Assembly (NCBI RefSeq): GCF_036365525.1
Contig: NC_090376.1
Location: 106,199,651 to 106,263,650, forward strand
Source of the DNA: Heterodontus francisci
Taxonomy: Eukaryota
Reading direction: 5' to 3'
DNA: 64,000 nt
The first letter of the stretch is position 1. The number at the start of each line of letters is the position of its first letter. Below are positions 1-15,000 of this stretch, piece by piece. The notes under the pieces are model-generated. The model had not been told where the DNA came from. It ran no database searches and saw only the letters and a program-made list of their open reading frames with translations. Made by a program: the position numbers and the translations under genes.

Positions 1-3000
1 TCTGCATTTGTGTGTGGAGAAGGACAGGGTGGGGGGAAACGGGGCCACTCTGCATTTGTGTGTGGATAAGGGCAGGTTGGCGGGAAACGGGGCCACTCTG
101 CATTTGTGTGTGGAGAAGGACATCGTGGGGGGAAACGGGGCCACTCTGCATTTGTGTCTGGATAAGGACAGTGTGAAGGGAAACGGGGCAACTCTGCATT
201 TGTGTATGGATAAGGACAGGGTGGGGGGAAACGGGGCCGTTCTGCATTTGTGTATGGATAAGGACAGGGTGGGGGGAAATGGGGCCACTCTGCTATTGTG
301 TATGGATAAGGGAGCGGTGGGGGGAAATGGGGCCACTCTGTATTTGTGTGTGGATAAGGACAGGGTGGCGGGAAACGGGGCCACTCTGCATTTGTGCATG
401 GATAAGGACAGGGTGGGGGGAAACGGGGCCGTTCTGCATTTGTGTATGGATAAGGACAGATTGGGGGGAAATGGGGCCACTCTGCAATTGTGTATGGATA
501 AGGGAGCGGTGGGGGGAAATGGGGCCACTCTGTATTTGTGTGTGGATAAGGGCAGGGTGGGGGGAAACGGGGCCACTCTGCATTTGTGTGTGGATAAGGA
601 CAGGGTGGCGGGAAACGGGGCCACTCTGCATTTGTGTGTGGATAAGGGCAGGGTGGGGGGAAACGGGGCCACTCTGCATTTGTGTATGGATAAGGGCAGG
701 GTGGGGGGAAACGGGGCCACTCTGCATTTGTGTATGGATAAGGGCAGTGTGGGGGGAAACGGGGCCACTCTGCATTTGTGTATGGATAAGGGCAGGGTGG
801 GGGGAAACAGGGCCACTCTGCATTTGTATATGGATAAGGGCAGGGTGGGGGGAAACGGGGCCACTCTTTATTTGAATATGGATAAGGGCAGGGTGGGGGG
901 AAACGGGGCCACTCTGCATTTGTGTGTGGATAAGGGCAGGTTGGCGGGAAACGGGGCCACTCTGCATTTGTGTGTGGAGAAGGACAGGGTGTGGGGAAAC
1001 GGGGCCACTCTGCATTTGTGTCTGGATAAGGACAGCGTGGGGGGAAACGGGGCCACTCTTCATTTGTGTATGGATAAGGACAGGGTGGGGGGAAACGGGG
1101 CCACTCTGCATTTGTTTATGGATAAGGACAGGGTGGGGGGAAACGGGGCCGTTCTGCATTTGTGTATGGATAAGGACAGATTGGGGGGAAATGGGGCCAC
1201 TCTGCAATTGTGTATGGATAAGGGAGCGGTGGGGGGAAATGGGGCCACTCTGTATTTGTGTGTGGATAAGGGCAGGGTGGGGGGAAACGGGGCCACTCTG
1301 CATTTGTGTATGGATAAGGACAGGGTTCGGGGAAACGGGCCACTCTGCATTTGTGTTTGGATAAGGGCAGGGTGTGGGGAAACGAGGCCACTCTGCATTT
1401 GTGTATGGATAAGGGCAGGGTGTGGGGAAACGGGGCCACTCTGCATTTGTGTGTGGATAAGGACAGGGTGGGGGGAAACGGGGCCAGTCTGCATTTGTGT
1501 ATGGATAAGGGCAGGGTGGGGGGAAACGGGGCCACTCTGCATTTGTGTATGGATAAGGGCAGGGTGGGGGGAAACGGGGCCACTCTGCATTTGTGCATGG
1601 ATAAGGGCAGGGTGGGGGGAAACGGGGCCACTCTGCATTTGTGTATGGATAAGGGCAGGGTGGGGGGAAATGGGGCCACTCTGCATTTGTGTATGGATAA
1701 GGGCAGGGTTGGGGGAAACGGGGCCACTCTGCATTTGTGTATGGATAAGGGCAGGGTTGGGGGAAACGGGGCCACTCTGCATTTGTGTGTGGAGAAGGAC
1801 AGGGTGGGGGGAAAAGGGGCCACTCTGCATTTGTGTGTGGATAAGGGCAGGTTGGCGGGAAACGGGGCCACTCTGCATTTGTGTGTGGAGAAGGACAGGG
1901 TGGGGGGAAACGGGGCCACTCTGCATTTGTGTCTGGATAAGGACAGTGTGGGGGGAAACGGGGCCACTCTGCATTTGTGTATGGATAAGGACAGGGTGAG
2001 GGGAAACGGGGCCACTCTGCATTTGTGTATGGATAAGGACAGGGTGGGGGGAAACGGGGCCGTTCTGCATTTGTGTATGGATAAGGACAGGGTGGGGGGA
2101 AATGGGGCCACTCTGCAATTGTGTATGGATAAGGGAGCGGTGGGGGGAAATGGGGCCACTCTGTATTTGTGTGTGGATAAGGACAGGGTGGCGGGAAACG
2201 GGGCCACTCTGCATTTGTGCATGGATAAGGACAGGGTGGGGGGAAACGGGGCCGTTCTGCATTTGTGTATGGATAAGGACAGATTGGGGGGAAATGGGGC
2301 CACTCTGCAATTGTGTATGGATAAGGGAGCGGTGGGGGGAAATGGGGCCACTCTGTATTTGTGTGTGGATAAGGACAGGGTGGCGGGAAACGGGGCCACT
2401 CTGCATTTGTGTGTGGATAAGGGCAGGGTGGGGGGAAACGGGGCCACTCTGCATTTGTGTATGGATAAGGGCAGGGTGGGGGGAAACGGGGCCACTCTGC
2501 ATTTGTGTATGGATAAGGGCAGGGTGGGGGGAAACGGGGCCACTCTGCATTTGTGTATGGATAAGGGCAGGGTGGGGGGAAACAGGGCCACTCTGCATTT
2601 GTGTATGGATAAGGGCAGGGTGGGGGGAAACGGGGCCACTCTTTATTTGAATATGGATAAGGGCAGGGTGGGGGGAAACGGGGCCACTCTGCAATTGTGT
2701 GTGGATAAGGGCAGGTTGGCGGGAAACGGGGCCACTCTGCATTTGTGTGTGGAGAAGGACAGGGTGTGGGGAAACGGGGCCACTCTGCATTTGTGTCTGG
2801 ATAAGGACAGTGTGGGGGGAAACGGGGCCACTCTGCATTTGTGTATGGATAAGGACAGGGTGGGGGGAAATGGGGCCACTCTGCATTTGTGTATGGATAA
2901 GGACAGGGTGGGGGGAAATGGGGCCGTTCTGCATTTGTGTATGGATAAGGACAGATTGGGGGGAAATGGGGCCACTCTGCAATTGTGTATGGATAAGGGA

Positions 3001-6000
3001 GCGGTGGGGGGAAATGGGGCCACTCTGTATTTATGTGTGGATAAGGGCAGGGTGGGGGGAAACGGGGCCACTCTGCATTTGTGTCTGGATAAGGGAGTGG
3101 TGAGGGGAAACGGGGCCACTCTGCATTTGTGTCTGGTTAAGGGAGTGGTGAGGGGAAACGGGGCCACTCTGCATTTGTGTCTGGATAAGGGAGCGGTGAG
3201 GGGAAACGGGGCCACTCTGCATTTGTGTATGGATAAGGGCAGGGTGGGGGGAAACTTGGCAACTCTGTATTTATGTGTGGATAAGGGCAGGGTGGGGGCA
3301 AATGGGGCCACTGTGCATTTGTGTGTGGATAAGGACAGGTTGGGGGGGTAACGCTGCCACTGTGCATTTGTGTGTGGAGAAGGCCAGGGTGGGGGGAAAC
3401 GGGGCCACTGTGCATTTGTGTGTGGATAAGGACAGGTTGGGGGGTAACGCTGCCACTGTGCATTTGTGTATGGATAAGGGCAGGGTGGGGGGAAACGGGG
3501 CCACTCTGCATTTGTGTGTGGATAAGGGCAGGGTGGGGGTAAACGGGGCCACTCTGCATTTGTGTATGGATAAGGGCAGGGTGGGGGGAAATGGGGCCAA
3601 TCTGCATTTGTGTGTGGATAAGGACAGGGTGGGGGTAAACGGGGCCACTCACCATTTGTGTCTGGATAAGGGAGTGGTGAGGGGAAACGGGGCCACTCTG
3701 CATTTGTGTCTGGATAAGGGAGTGGTTAGGGGAAACGGGGCCACTCTGCATTTGTGTCTGGATAAGGGAGCGGTGAGGGGAAACGGGGCCACTCTGTATT
3801 TATGTGTGGATAAGGGCAGGGCGGGGGGAAACGGGGCCACTCTTTATTTGTGTATGGATAAGGACAGGGTGGGGGGAAACGGGGCCACTCTGCATTTATG
3901 TGTATGGATAAGGGCAGAGTGGGGGGAAACGGGGCCACTCTGCATTTGTGTATGGATAAGGGAGCGGTGGGGGGAAATGGGGTCACTCTGTATTTGTGTG
4001 TGGATCAGGACAGGGTGGGGGGAAACGGGGCCACTCTGCATTTGTGTATGGATAAGGACAGGGTGGGGGGAAATGGGGCCACTCTGCATTTGTGGATGGA
4101 AAAGGACAGGGTGGGGGGAAATGGGGCCACTCTGCATTTGTGTGTGGGTAAGGATAGGGTGGGGGGAAACGGGGCCACTCTGCATTTGTGTATGGATAAG
4201 GACAGGGTGGGGGGAAACGGGGCCACTCTGCATTTATGTGTATGGATAAGGGCAGAGTGGGGGGAAACGGGGCCACTCTGCATTTGTGTATGGATAAGGG
4301 AGCGGTGGGGGGAAATGGGGTCACTCTGTATTTGTGTGTGGATCAGGACAGGGTGGGGGGAAACGGGGCCACTCTGCATTTGTGTATGGATAAGGACAGG
4401 GTGGGGGGAAATGGGGCCACTCTGCATTTGTGGATGGAAAAGGACAGGGTGGGGGGAAATGGGGCCACTCTGCATTTGTGTGTGGGTAAGGATAGGGTGG
4501 GGGGAAACGGGGCCACTCTGCATTTGTGTATGGATAAGGACAGGGTTCGGGGAAACGGGGCCACTCTGCATTTGTGTTTGGATAAGGGCAGGGTGTGGGG
4601 AAACGAGGCCGCTCTGCATTTGTGTATGGATAAGGGCAGGGTGTGGGGAAACGGGGCCACTCTGCATTTGTGTGTGGATAAGGACAGGGTGGGGGGAAAC
4701 GGGGCCAGTCTGCATTTGTGTATGGATAAGGGCAGGGTGGGGGGAAACGGAGCCACTCTGCATTTGTGTATGGATAAGGGCAGGGTGGGGGGAAACGGGG
4801 CCACTCTGCATTTGTGCATGGATAAGGGCAGGGTGGGGGGGAAACGGGGCCACTCTGCATTTGTGTATGGATAAGGGCAGGGTGGGGGGAAACGGGGCCA
4901 CTCTGCATTTGTGTATGGATAAGGGCAGGGTTGGGGGAAACGTGGCCACTCTGCATTTGTGTATGGATAAGGGCAGGGTTGGGGGAAACGGGGCCACTCT
5001 GCATTTGTGTGTGGAGAAGGGCAGGGTGGGGGGAAATGGGGCCACTCTGCATTTGTGGATGGAAAAGGACAGGGTGGGGGGAAATGGGGCCACTCTGCAT
5101 TTGTGTGTGGGTAAGGATAGGGTGGGGGGAAACGGGGCCACTCTGCATTTGTGTATGGATAAGGACAGGGTTCGGGGAAACGGGGCCACTCTGCATTTGT
5201 GTTTGGATAAGGGCAGGGTGTGGGGAAACGAGGCCGCTCTGCATTTGTGTATGGATAAGGGCAGGGTGTGGGGAAACGGGGCCACTCTGCATTTGTGTGT
5301 GGATAAGGACAGGGTGGGGGGAAACGGGGCCAGTCTGCATTTGTGTATGGATAAGGGCAGGGTGGGGGGAAACGGAGCCACTCTGCATTTGTGTATGGAT
5401 AAGGGCAGGGTGGGGGGAAACGGGGCCACTCTGCATTTGTGCATGGATAAGGGCAGGGTGGGGGGAAACGGGGCCACTCTGCATTTGTGTATGGATAAGG
5501 GCAGGGTGGGGGGAAACGGGGCCACTCTGCATTTGTGTATGGATAAGGGCAGGGTTGGGGGAAACGTGGCCACTCTGCATTTGTGTATGGATAAGGGCAG
5601 GGTTGGGGGAAACGGGGCCACTCTGCATTTGTGTGTGGAGAAGGGCAGGGTGGGGGGAAACGGGGCCACTCTGCATTTGTGTGTGGATAAGGGCAGGTTG
5701 GGGGGAAACGGGGCCAATCTGCATTTGTGTGTGGAGAAGGACAGGGTGGGGGGAAACGGGGCCACTCTGCATTTGTGTCTGGATAAGGACAGTGTGGGGG
5801 GTAACGGGGCCACTCTGCATTTGTGTATGGATAAGGACAGGGTGGGGGAAACGGGGCCACTCTGCATTTGTGTATGGATAAGGACAGGGTGGGGGGAAAC
5901 GGGGCCGTTCTGCATTTGTGTATGGATAAGGACAGGGTGGGGGGAAATGGGGCCACTCTGCAATTGTGTATGGATAAGGGAGCGGTGGGGGGAAATGGGG

Positions 6001-9000
6001 CCACTCTGTATTTGTGTGTGGATAAGGACAGGGTGGCGGGAAACGGGGCCACTCTGCATTTGTGTATGGATAAGGACAGGGTGGGGGGGAAACGGGGCCG
6101 TTCTGCATTTGTGTATGGATAAGGACAGATTGGGGGGAAATGGGGCCACTCTGCAATTGTGTATGGATAAGGGAGCGGTGGGGGGAAATGGGGCCACTCT
6201 GTATTTGTGTGTGGATAAGGGCAGGGTGGGGGGAAACGGGGCCACTCTGCATTTGTGTGTGGATAAGGACAGGGTGGCGGGAAACGGGGCCACTCTGCAT
6301 TTGTGTGTGGATAAGGGCAGGGTGGGGGGAAACGGGGCCACTCTGCATTTGTGTATGGATAAGGGCAGGGTGGGGGGAAACGGGGCCACTCTGCATTTGT
6401 GTATGGATAAGGGCAGGGTTGGGGGAAACGGGGCCACTCTGCATTTGTGTATGGATAAGGGCAGGGTGGGGGGAAACGGGGCCACTCTGCATTTGTGTAT
6501 GGATAAGGGCAGGGTGGGGGGAAACGGGGCCACTCTTTATTTGAATATGGATAAGGGCAGGGTGGGGGGAAACGGGGCCACTCTGCATTTGTGTGTGGAT
6601 AAGGGCAGGTTGGCGGGAAACGGGGCCACTCTGCATTTGTGTATGGATAAGGACAGGGTGGGGGGAAACGGGGCAGTTCTGCATTTGTGTGTGGATAAGG
6701 ACAGATTGGGGGGAAATGGGGCCACTCTGCAATTGTGTATGGATAAGGGAGCGGTGGGGGGAAATGGGGCCACTCTGTATTTTTGTGTGGATAAGGGCAG
6801 GGTGGGGGGAAACGGGGCCGCTCTGCATTTGTGTGTAGATAAGGACAGGGTGGTGGGAAACGGGGCCACTCTGCATTTGTGTGTGGATAAGGGCAGGGTG
6901 GTGGGAAACGGGGCCACTCTGCTTTTGTGTATGGATCAGGGCAGGGTGGGGGGAAACGGGGCCACTCTGCATTTGTGTCTGGATAAGGGAGCGGTGAGGG
7001 GAAACGGGGCCACTCTGTATTTATGTGTGGATAAGGGGAGGGCGGGGGGAAACGGGGCCACTCTTTATTTGTGTATGGATAAGGACAGGGTGGGGGGAAA
7101 CGGGGCCACTCTGCATTTATGTGTATGGATAAGGGCAGAGTGGGGGGAAACGGGGCCACTCTGCATTTGTGTATGGATAAGGGCAGGGTGGGGGGAAACG
7201 GGGCCACTCTGCATTTGTGTATGGATAAGGACAGGGTGGGGGGGAAACGGGGCCGTTCTGCATTTGTGTATGGATAAGGACAGGGTGGGGGGAAATGGGG
7301 CCACTCTGCAATTGTGTATGGATAAGGGAGCGGTGGGGGGAAATGGGGCCACTCTATATTTGTGTGTGGATAAGGACAGGGTGGCGGGAAACGGGGCCAC
7401 TCTGCATTTGTGTATGGATAAGGACAGGGTGGGGGGAAACGGGGCCGTTCTGCATTTGTGTATGGATAAGGACAGATTGGGGGGAAATGGGGCCACTCTG
7501 CAATTGTGTATGGATAAGGGAGCGGTGGGGGGAAATGGGGCCACTCTGTATTTGTGTGTGGATAAGGACAGGGTGGGGGGAAACGGGGCCACTCTGCATT
7601 TGTGTGTGGATAAGGACAGGGTGGCGGGAAACGGGGCCACTCTGCATTTGTGTGTGGATAAGGGCAGGGTGGGGGGAAACGGGGCCACTCTGCATTTGTG
7701 TATGGATAAGGGCAGGGTGGGGGGAAACGGGGCCACTCTGCATTTGTGTATGGATAAGGGCAGGGTGGGGGGAAACGGGGCCACTCTGCATTTGTGTATG
7801 GATAAGGGCAGGGTGGGGGGAAACGGGGCCACTCTGCATTTGTGTATGGATAAGGGCAGGGTGGGGGGAAACGGGGCCACTCTTTATTTGAATATGGATA
7901 AGGGCAGGGTGGGGGGAAACGGGGCCACTCTGCATTTGTGTGTGGATAAGGGCAGGTTGGCGGGAAACGGGGCCACTCTGCATTTGTGTGTGGAGAAGGA
8001 CAGGGTGGGGGGAAACGGGGCCACTCTGCATTTCTGTCTGGATAAGGACAGTGTGGGGGGAAACGGGGCCACTCTGCATTTGTGTATGGATAAGGACAGG
8101 GTGGGGGGAAACGGGGCCACTCTGCATTTGTGTATGGATAAGGACAGAGTGGGGGGAAACGGGGCCGTTCTGCATTTGTGTATGGATAAGGACAGGGTGG
8201 GGGGAAATGGGGCCACTCTGCAATTGTGTATGGATAAGGGAGCTGTGGGGGGAAATGGGGCCACTCTGTATTTGTGTGTGGATAAGGACAGGCTGGCGGG
8301 AAATGGGGCCACTCTGCATTTGTGTATGGATAAGGACAGGGTGGGGGGAAACGGGGCAGTTCTGCATTTGTGTATGGATTAGGACAGATTGGGGGGAAAT
8401 GGGGCCACTCTGCAATTGTGTATGGATAAGGGAGCGGTGGGGGGAAATGGGGCCACTCTGTATTTTTGTGTGGATAAGGGCAGGGTGGGGGGAAACGGGG
8501 CCACTCTGCATTTGTGTGTGGATAAGGACAGGGTGGCGGGAAACGGGGCCACTCTGCATTTGTGTGTGGATAAGGGCAGGGTGGTGGGAAACGGGTCCAC
8601 TCTGCTTTTGTGTATGGATAAGGGCAGGGTGGGGGGAATGGGGGCCACTCTGCATTTGTGTATGGATAAGGGCAGGGTGGGGGGAAACGGGGCCAGTCTG
8701 CATTTGTGTATGGATAAGGGCAGGGTGGGGGGAAACGGGGCCACTCTGCATTTGTGTATGGATAAGGGCAGGGTGGGGGGAAACGGGGCCACTCTTTATT
8801 TGAATATGGATAAGGGCAGGGTGGGGGGAAACGGGGCCACTCTGCATTTGTGTGTGGATAAGGACAGGGTGGGGGGAAACGGGGCCACTCTGCATTTGTG
8901 TGTGGATAAGGGCAGTGTGGCGGGAAACGGGGCCACTCTTTATTTGTGTGTGGATAAGGGCTGGGTGGCGGGAAACGCGGCCACTCTTTATTTGTGTATG

Positions 9001-12000
9001 GATAAGGGCAGGGTGGGGGGAAACGGGGCCACTCTGCATTTGTGTGTGGATAAGGACAGGGTGGGGGGAAACGGGGCCACTCTGCATTTGTGTGTGGATA
9101 AGGACAGGGTGGGGGGAAACGGGGCCACTCTGCATTTGTTTGTGGATAAGGACAGGGTGGGGAGAAACGGGGCCACTCTGCATTTGCGTGTGGATAAGGA
9201 CAGGGTGGGGGGTAACGGTGCCACTCTGCATTTGTGTATAGATAAGGGCAGGGTGGGGGGAAACGGGGCCACTCTGCATTTGTGTGTTGCTAAGGACAGG
9301 GTGGGGGGAAACGGGGCCACTCTGCATTTGTGTGTGGATAAGGACAGGGTGGGGGGAAATGGGGCCACTCTGCATTTGTGTGTGGATAAGGACAGGGTGG
9401 GGGGAAATGGAGCCACTCTGTAATTGTGTATGGATAACGGCAGGGTGGGGGGAAACGGGGCCACTCTGCATTTGTGTGTGGATAAGGGCAGGGTGGTGCG
9501 AAATGGAGCCACTCTGTATTTGTGTATGGATAACGGCAGGGTGGGGGGAAACGGGGCCACTCTGCATTTGTGTCTGGATAAGGGAGCGGTGAGGGGAAAC
9601 GGGGCCACTGTGCATTTGTGTATGGATAATGGCAGGGTGGGGGGAAACTGGACCACTCTACATTTGTGTCTGGATAAGGGCAGGGTGGGGGGAAGCGGGG
9701 CCACTGTGCATTTGTGTGTGGATCAGGACAGGGTGGGGGGAAACGGGGCCACTGTGCATTTGTGTATGGATAAGGGCAGGGTGGGGATAAACGGGGCCAC
9801 TCTGCATTTGTGTGTGGATAAGGACAGGGTGGGGGGAAACGGGTTCACTCTGCATTTGTGTGTGGATAAGGGCCGGGTGGGGGGAAAGGGCGCCACTCTG
9901 CATTTGTGTATGGATAAGGGCAGGATGGGGGGAAACGGGGCCACTCTGCATTTGTGTATGGATAAGGGCAGGGTGGGGGGAAACGGGCCCACTCTGCATT
10001 TGTGTATGGATAAGGGCAGGGTGGGGGGAAACGGGGCCACTCTGTATTTATGTGTGGAGAAGGGCAGGGCGGGGGGAAACGGGGCCACTCTTTATTTGTG
10101 TATGGATAAGGTCAGGGTGGGGGGAAACGGGGCCACTCTGCATTTATGTGTGGATAAGGAAAGGGCGGGGGGAAACGGGGCCACTCTGCATTTATGTGTG
10201 GGGAAGGACAGGGCGGGGGGAAACGGGCCCACTCTGTATTTGTGTATGGATAAGGACAGGTTGGGTGGAAACGGCGCCACTCTGCATTTGTGTATGGATA
10301 AGGGCAGGGTGGGGGGAAATGGGGACACTCTGTATTTGTGTGTGGATAAGGACAGGGTGGGGGGAAATGGAGCCACTCTGCATTTGTGTATGGATAAGGA
10401 CAGGGTGGGCGGAAATCTGGACACTCTGTATTTGTGTGTGGATAAGGACAGGGTGGGGGGAAATGGAGCCACTCTGCATTTGTGTGTGGATAAGGACAGG
10501 GTGGGGGGAAATGGAGCCACTCTGTAATTGTGTATGGATAACGGCAGGGTGGGGGGAAATGGGGACACTCTGTAATTGTGTATGGATAACGGCAGGGTGG
10601 GGGGAAACGGGGCCACTCTGTATTTGTGTGTGGAGAAGGACAGGGTGGGGGGAAATGGAGCCACTCTGTAATTGTGTATGGATAACGGCAGGGTGGGGGG
10701 AAACGGGGCCACTCTGTATTTGTGTATGGATAACGGCAGGGTGGGGGGAAACGGGGCCACTCTGCATTTGTGTATGGATAAGGACAGGGTGGGGGGAAAT
10801 GGGGCCACTCTGCATTTGTTTATGGATAAGGACAGGGTGGGGGGAAATGGAGCCACTCTGTAATTGCGTATGGATAACGGCAGGGTGTGGGGAAACGGGG
10901 CCACTCTGCATTTGTGTCTAGATAAGGGAGCGGTGAGGGGAAACGGGGCCACTGTGCATTTGTGTATGGATAAGGGCAGGGTTGGTGGAAACGGGGCCAC
11001 TCTACATTTGTGTCTGGATAAGGGCAGGGTGGGGGGAAGCGGGGCCACTCTGCATTTGTGTGTGGATAAGGACAGGGTGGGGGGAAACGGGGCCACTCTG
11101 CATTTGTATGTGGATAAGGACAGGGTGGGGGGAAGCGGGGCCACTCTGCATTTGTGTGTGGATAAGGACAGGGTGGGGGGAAACGGGGCCACTCTGCCTT
11201 TGTGTGTGGATAAGGACAGGGTGTGGGGAAACGGGGCCACTCTGCATTTGTGTGTGGATAAGGACAGGGTGGGGGGAAACGGGGCCAGTCTGCATTTGTG
11301 TATGGATAAGGGCAGGGTGGGGGGAAATGGGGCCACTCTGCAATTGTGTATGGATAAGGGAGCGGTGGGGGGAAATGGGGCCACTCTGTATTTGTGTGTG
11401 GATAAGGGCAGGGTGGGGGGAAACGGGGCCACTCTGCATTTGTGTGTGGATAAGGACAGGGTGGCGGGAAACGGGGCCACTCTGCATTTGTGTGTGGATA
11501 AGGGCAGGGTGGCGGGAAACGGGGCCACTCTGCATTTGTGTATGGATAAGGGCAGGGTGGGGGGAAACGGGGCCACTCTGCATTTGTGTATGGATTAGGG
11601 CAGGGTGGGGGGAAACGGGGCCACTCTGCATTCGTGTATGGATAAGGGCAGGGTGGGGGGAAACGGGGCCACTCTGCATTTGTGTATGGATAAGGGCAGG
11701 GTGGGGGGAAACGGGGCCACTCTTTATTTGAATATGGATAAGGGCAGGGTGGGGGGAAACGGGGCCACTCTGCATTTGTGTGTGGATAAGGACAGGGTGG
11801 GGGGAAACGGGGCCACTCTGCATTTGTGTGTGGATAAGGGCAGGGTGGCGGGAAACGGGGCCACTCTTTATTTGTGTGTGGATAAGAGCTGGGTGGCGGG
11901 AAACGGGGCCACTATTTATTTGTGTATGGATAAGGGCAGGGTGGGGGGAAACGGGGCCACTCTGCATTTGTGTGTGGATAAGGACAGGGTGGGGGGAAAC

Positions 12001-15000
12001 GGGGCCACTCTGCATTTGTGTGTGGATAAGGACAGGGTGGGGGGGAAACGGGGCCACTCTGCATTTGTTTGTGGATAAGGACAGGGTGGGGAGAAACGGG
12101 GCCACTCTGCATTTGCGTGTGGATAAGGACAGGGTGGGGGGAAACGGGGCCACTCTGCATTTGTGTATAGATAAGGGCAGGGTGGGGGGAAATGGAGCCA
12201 CTCTGCATTTGTGTGTGGATAAGGGCAGGGTGGTGCGAAATGGAGCCACTCTGTATTTGTGTATGGATAACGGCAGGGTGGGGGGAAACGGGGCCACTCT
12301 GCATTTGTGTGTGGATAAGGGCAGGGTGGTTCGAAATGGAGCCACTCTGTATTTGTGTATGGATAACGGCAGGGTGGGTGGAAACGGGGCCACTCTGCAT
12401 TTGTGTCTGGATAAGGGAGCGGTGAGGGGAAACGGGGCCACTCTGCATTTGTGTATGGATAAGGGCAGGGTGGGGGGAAACGGGGCCACTCTACATTTGT
12501 GTCTGGATAAGGGCAAGGTGGGGGGAACGGGTGCCACACTGCATTTGTATGTGGATAAGGACAGGGTGGGGGGAAACGGGGCCACTCTGTATTTGTGTGA
12601 GGATAAGGGCAGGGTGGGGGGAAGCGGGGCCACTGTGCATTTGTGTGTGGATCAGGACAGGGTGGGGGGAAACGGGGCCACTGTGCATTTGTGTGTGGAT
12701 AAGGACAGGGTGGGGGGAAACGGGGCCACTCTGCATTTGTGTGTGGATAAGGACAGGGTGGGGGGAAACGGGGCCACTCTGCATTTGTGTGTGGATAAGG
12801 ACAGGGTGGGGGGAAACGGGGTCACTCTGCATTTGTGTGTGGATAAGGGCAGGGTGGGGGGAAAGGGGGCCACTCTGCATTTGTGTATGGATAAGGGCAG
12901 GATGGGGGGAAACGGGGCCACTCTGCATTTGTGTATGGATAAGGGCAGGGTGGGGGGAAACGGGCCCACTCTGCATTTGTGTATGGATAAGGGCAGGGTG
13001 GGGGGAAACGGGGCCACTCTGTATTTATGTGTGGAGAAGGGCAGGGCGGGGGGAAACGGGGCCACTCTTTATTTGTGTATGGATAAGGTCAGGGTGGGGG
13101 GAAACGGGGCCACTCTGCATTTATGTGTGGATAAGGAAAGGGCGGGGGGAAACGGGGCCACTCTGCATTTATGTGTGGGGAAGGACAGGGCGGGGGGAAA
13201 CGGGCCCACTCTGTATTTGTGTATGGATAAGGACAGGTTGGGGGGAAACGGCGCCACTCTGCATTTGTGTATGGATAAGGGCAGGGTGGGGGGAAATGGG
13301 GACACTCTGTATTTGTGTGTGGATAAGGACAGGGTGGGGGGAAATGGAGCCACTCTGCATTTGTGTATGGATAAGGACAGGGTGGGCGGAAATGGGGACA
13401 CTCTTTATTTGTGTGTGGATAAGGACAGGGTGGGGGGAAATGGAGCCACTCTGCATTTGTGTGTGGATAAGGACAGGGTGGGGGGAAATGGAGCCACTCT
13501 GTAATTGTGTATGGATAACGGCAGGGTGGGGGAAATGGGGACACACTGTAATTGTGTATGGATAACGGCAGGGTGGGGGGAAACGGGGCCACTCTGTATT
13601 TGTGTGTGGAGAAGGACAGGGTGGGGGGAAATGGAGCCACTCTGTAATTGTGTATGGATAACGGCAGGGTGGGGGGAAACGGGGCCACTCTGTATTTGTG
13701 TATGGATAACGGCAGGGTGGGGGGAAACGGGGCCACTCTGCATTTGTGTTTGGATAAGGACAGGGTGGGGGGAAATGGGGCCACTCTGCATTTGTTTATG
13801 GATAAGGACAGGGTGGGGGGAAATGGAGCCACTCTGTAATTGTGTATGGATAACGGCAGGGTGGGGGGAAACGTGGCCACTCTGCATTTGTGTCTAGATA
13901 AGGGAGCGGTGAGGGGAAACGGGGCCACTGTGCATTTGTGTATGGATAATGGCAGGGTGGGGGGAAACTGGACCACTCTACATTTGTGTCTGGATAAGGG
14001 CAGGGTGGGGGGAAGCGGGGCCACTCTGCATTTGTGTGTGGATAAGGACAGGGTGGGGGGAAACGGGGCCACTCTGCATTTGTATGTGGATAAGGACAGG
14101 GTGGGGGGAAGCGGGGCCACTCTGCATTTGTGTGTGGATAAGGACAGGGTGGGGGGAAACGGGGCCACTCTGCATTTGTGTGTGGATAAGGACAGGGTGG
14201 GGGGAAGCGGGGCCACTCTGCATGTGTGTATGGATAAGGACAGGGTGGGGGGAAACGGGGCCACTCTGCATTTGTGTGTGGATAAGGACAGGGTGGGGGG
14301 AAACGGGGCCACTCTGCATTTGTGTGTGGATAAGGACAGGGTGGGGGGAAACGGGGCCACTCTGCATTTGTGTATGGATAAGGGCAGGGTGGGGGGAAAC
14401 GGGGCCTCTCTGTATTTATGTGTGGAGAAGGACAGGGTGGGGGGAAATGGTGCCACTCTGCATTTATGTGTGGATACGGGCAGGTTGGGGGGAACCGGGG
14501 CCACTCTGTATTTGTGTATGGATAAGGGCAGGGTGGGGAGAAACGGGCCCACTGTGCATTTGTGTATGGATAAGGAAAGGGCGGGGGGAAACGGGGCCAC
14601 TCTGCATTTGTGTATGGATAAGGGCAGGGTGGGGAGAAACGGGCCCACTGTGCATTTGTGTATGGATAAGGGAGCGGTGGGGGGAAATGGGGACACTCTG
14701 TATTTGTTTGTGGATAAGGACAGGGTGGGGGGAAACGGGGCCACTCTGCATTTGTGTATGGATAAGGACAGGGTGGGGGGAAATGGGGCCACTCTGCATT
14801 TGTGTGTGGATAAGGACAGGGTGGGGGGAAACGGGGCCACTCTGCATTTGTGTGTGGATAAGGACAGGGTGGGGGGAAACGGGGCCACTCTGCATTTGTG
14901 TGTGGATAAGGGCAGGGTGGGGGGAAACGGGGCCACTCTGCATTTGTGTATGGATAAGGGCATGGTGGGGGGAAACGGGGCCACTCTGCATTTGTGTATG

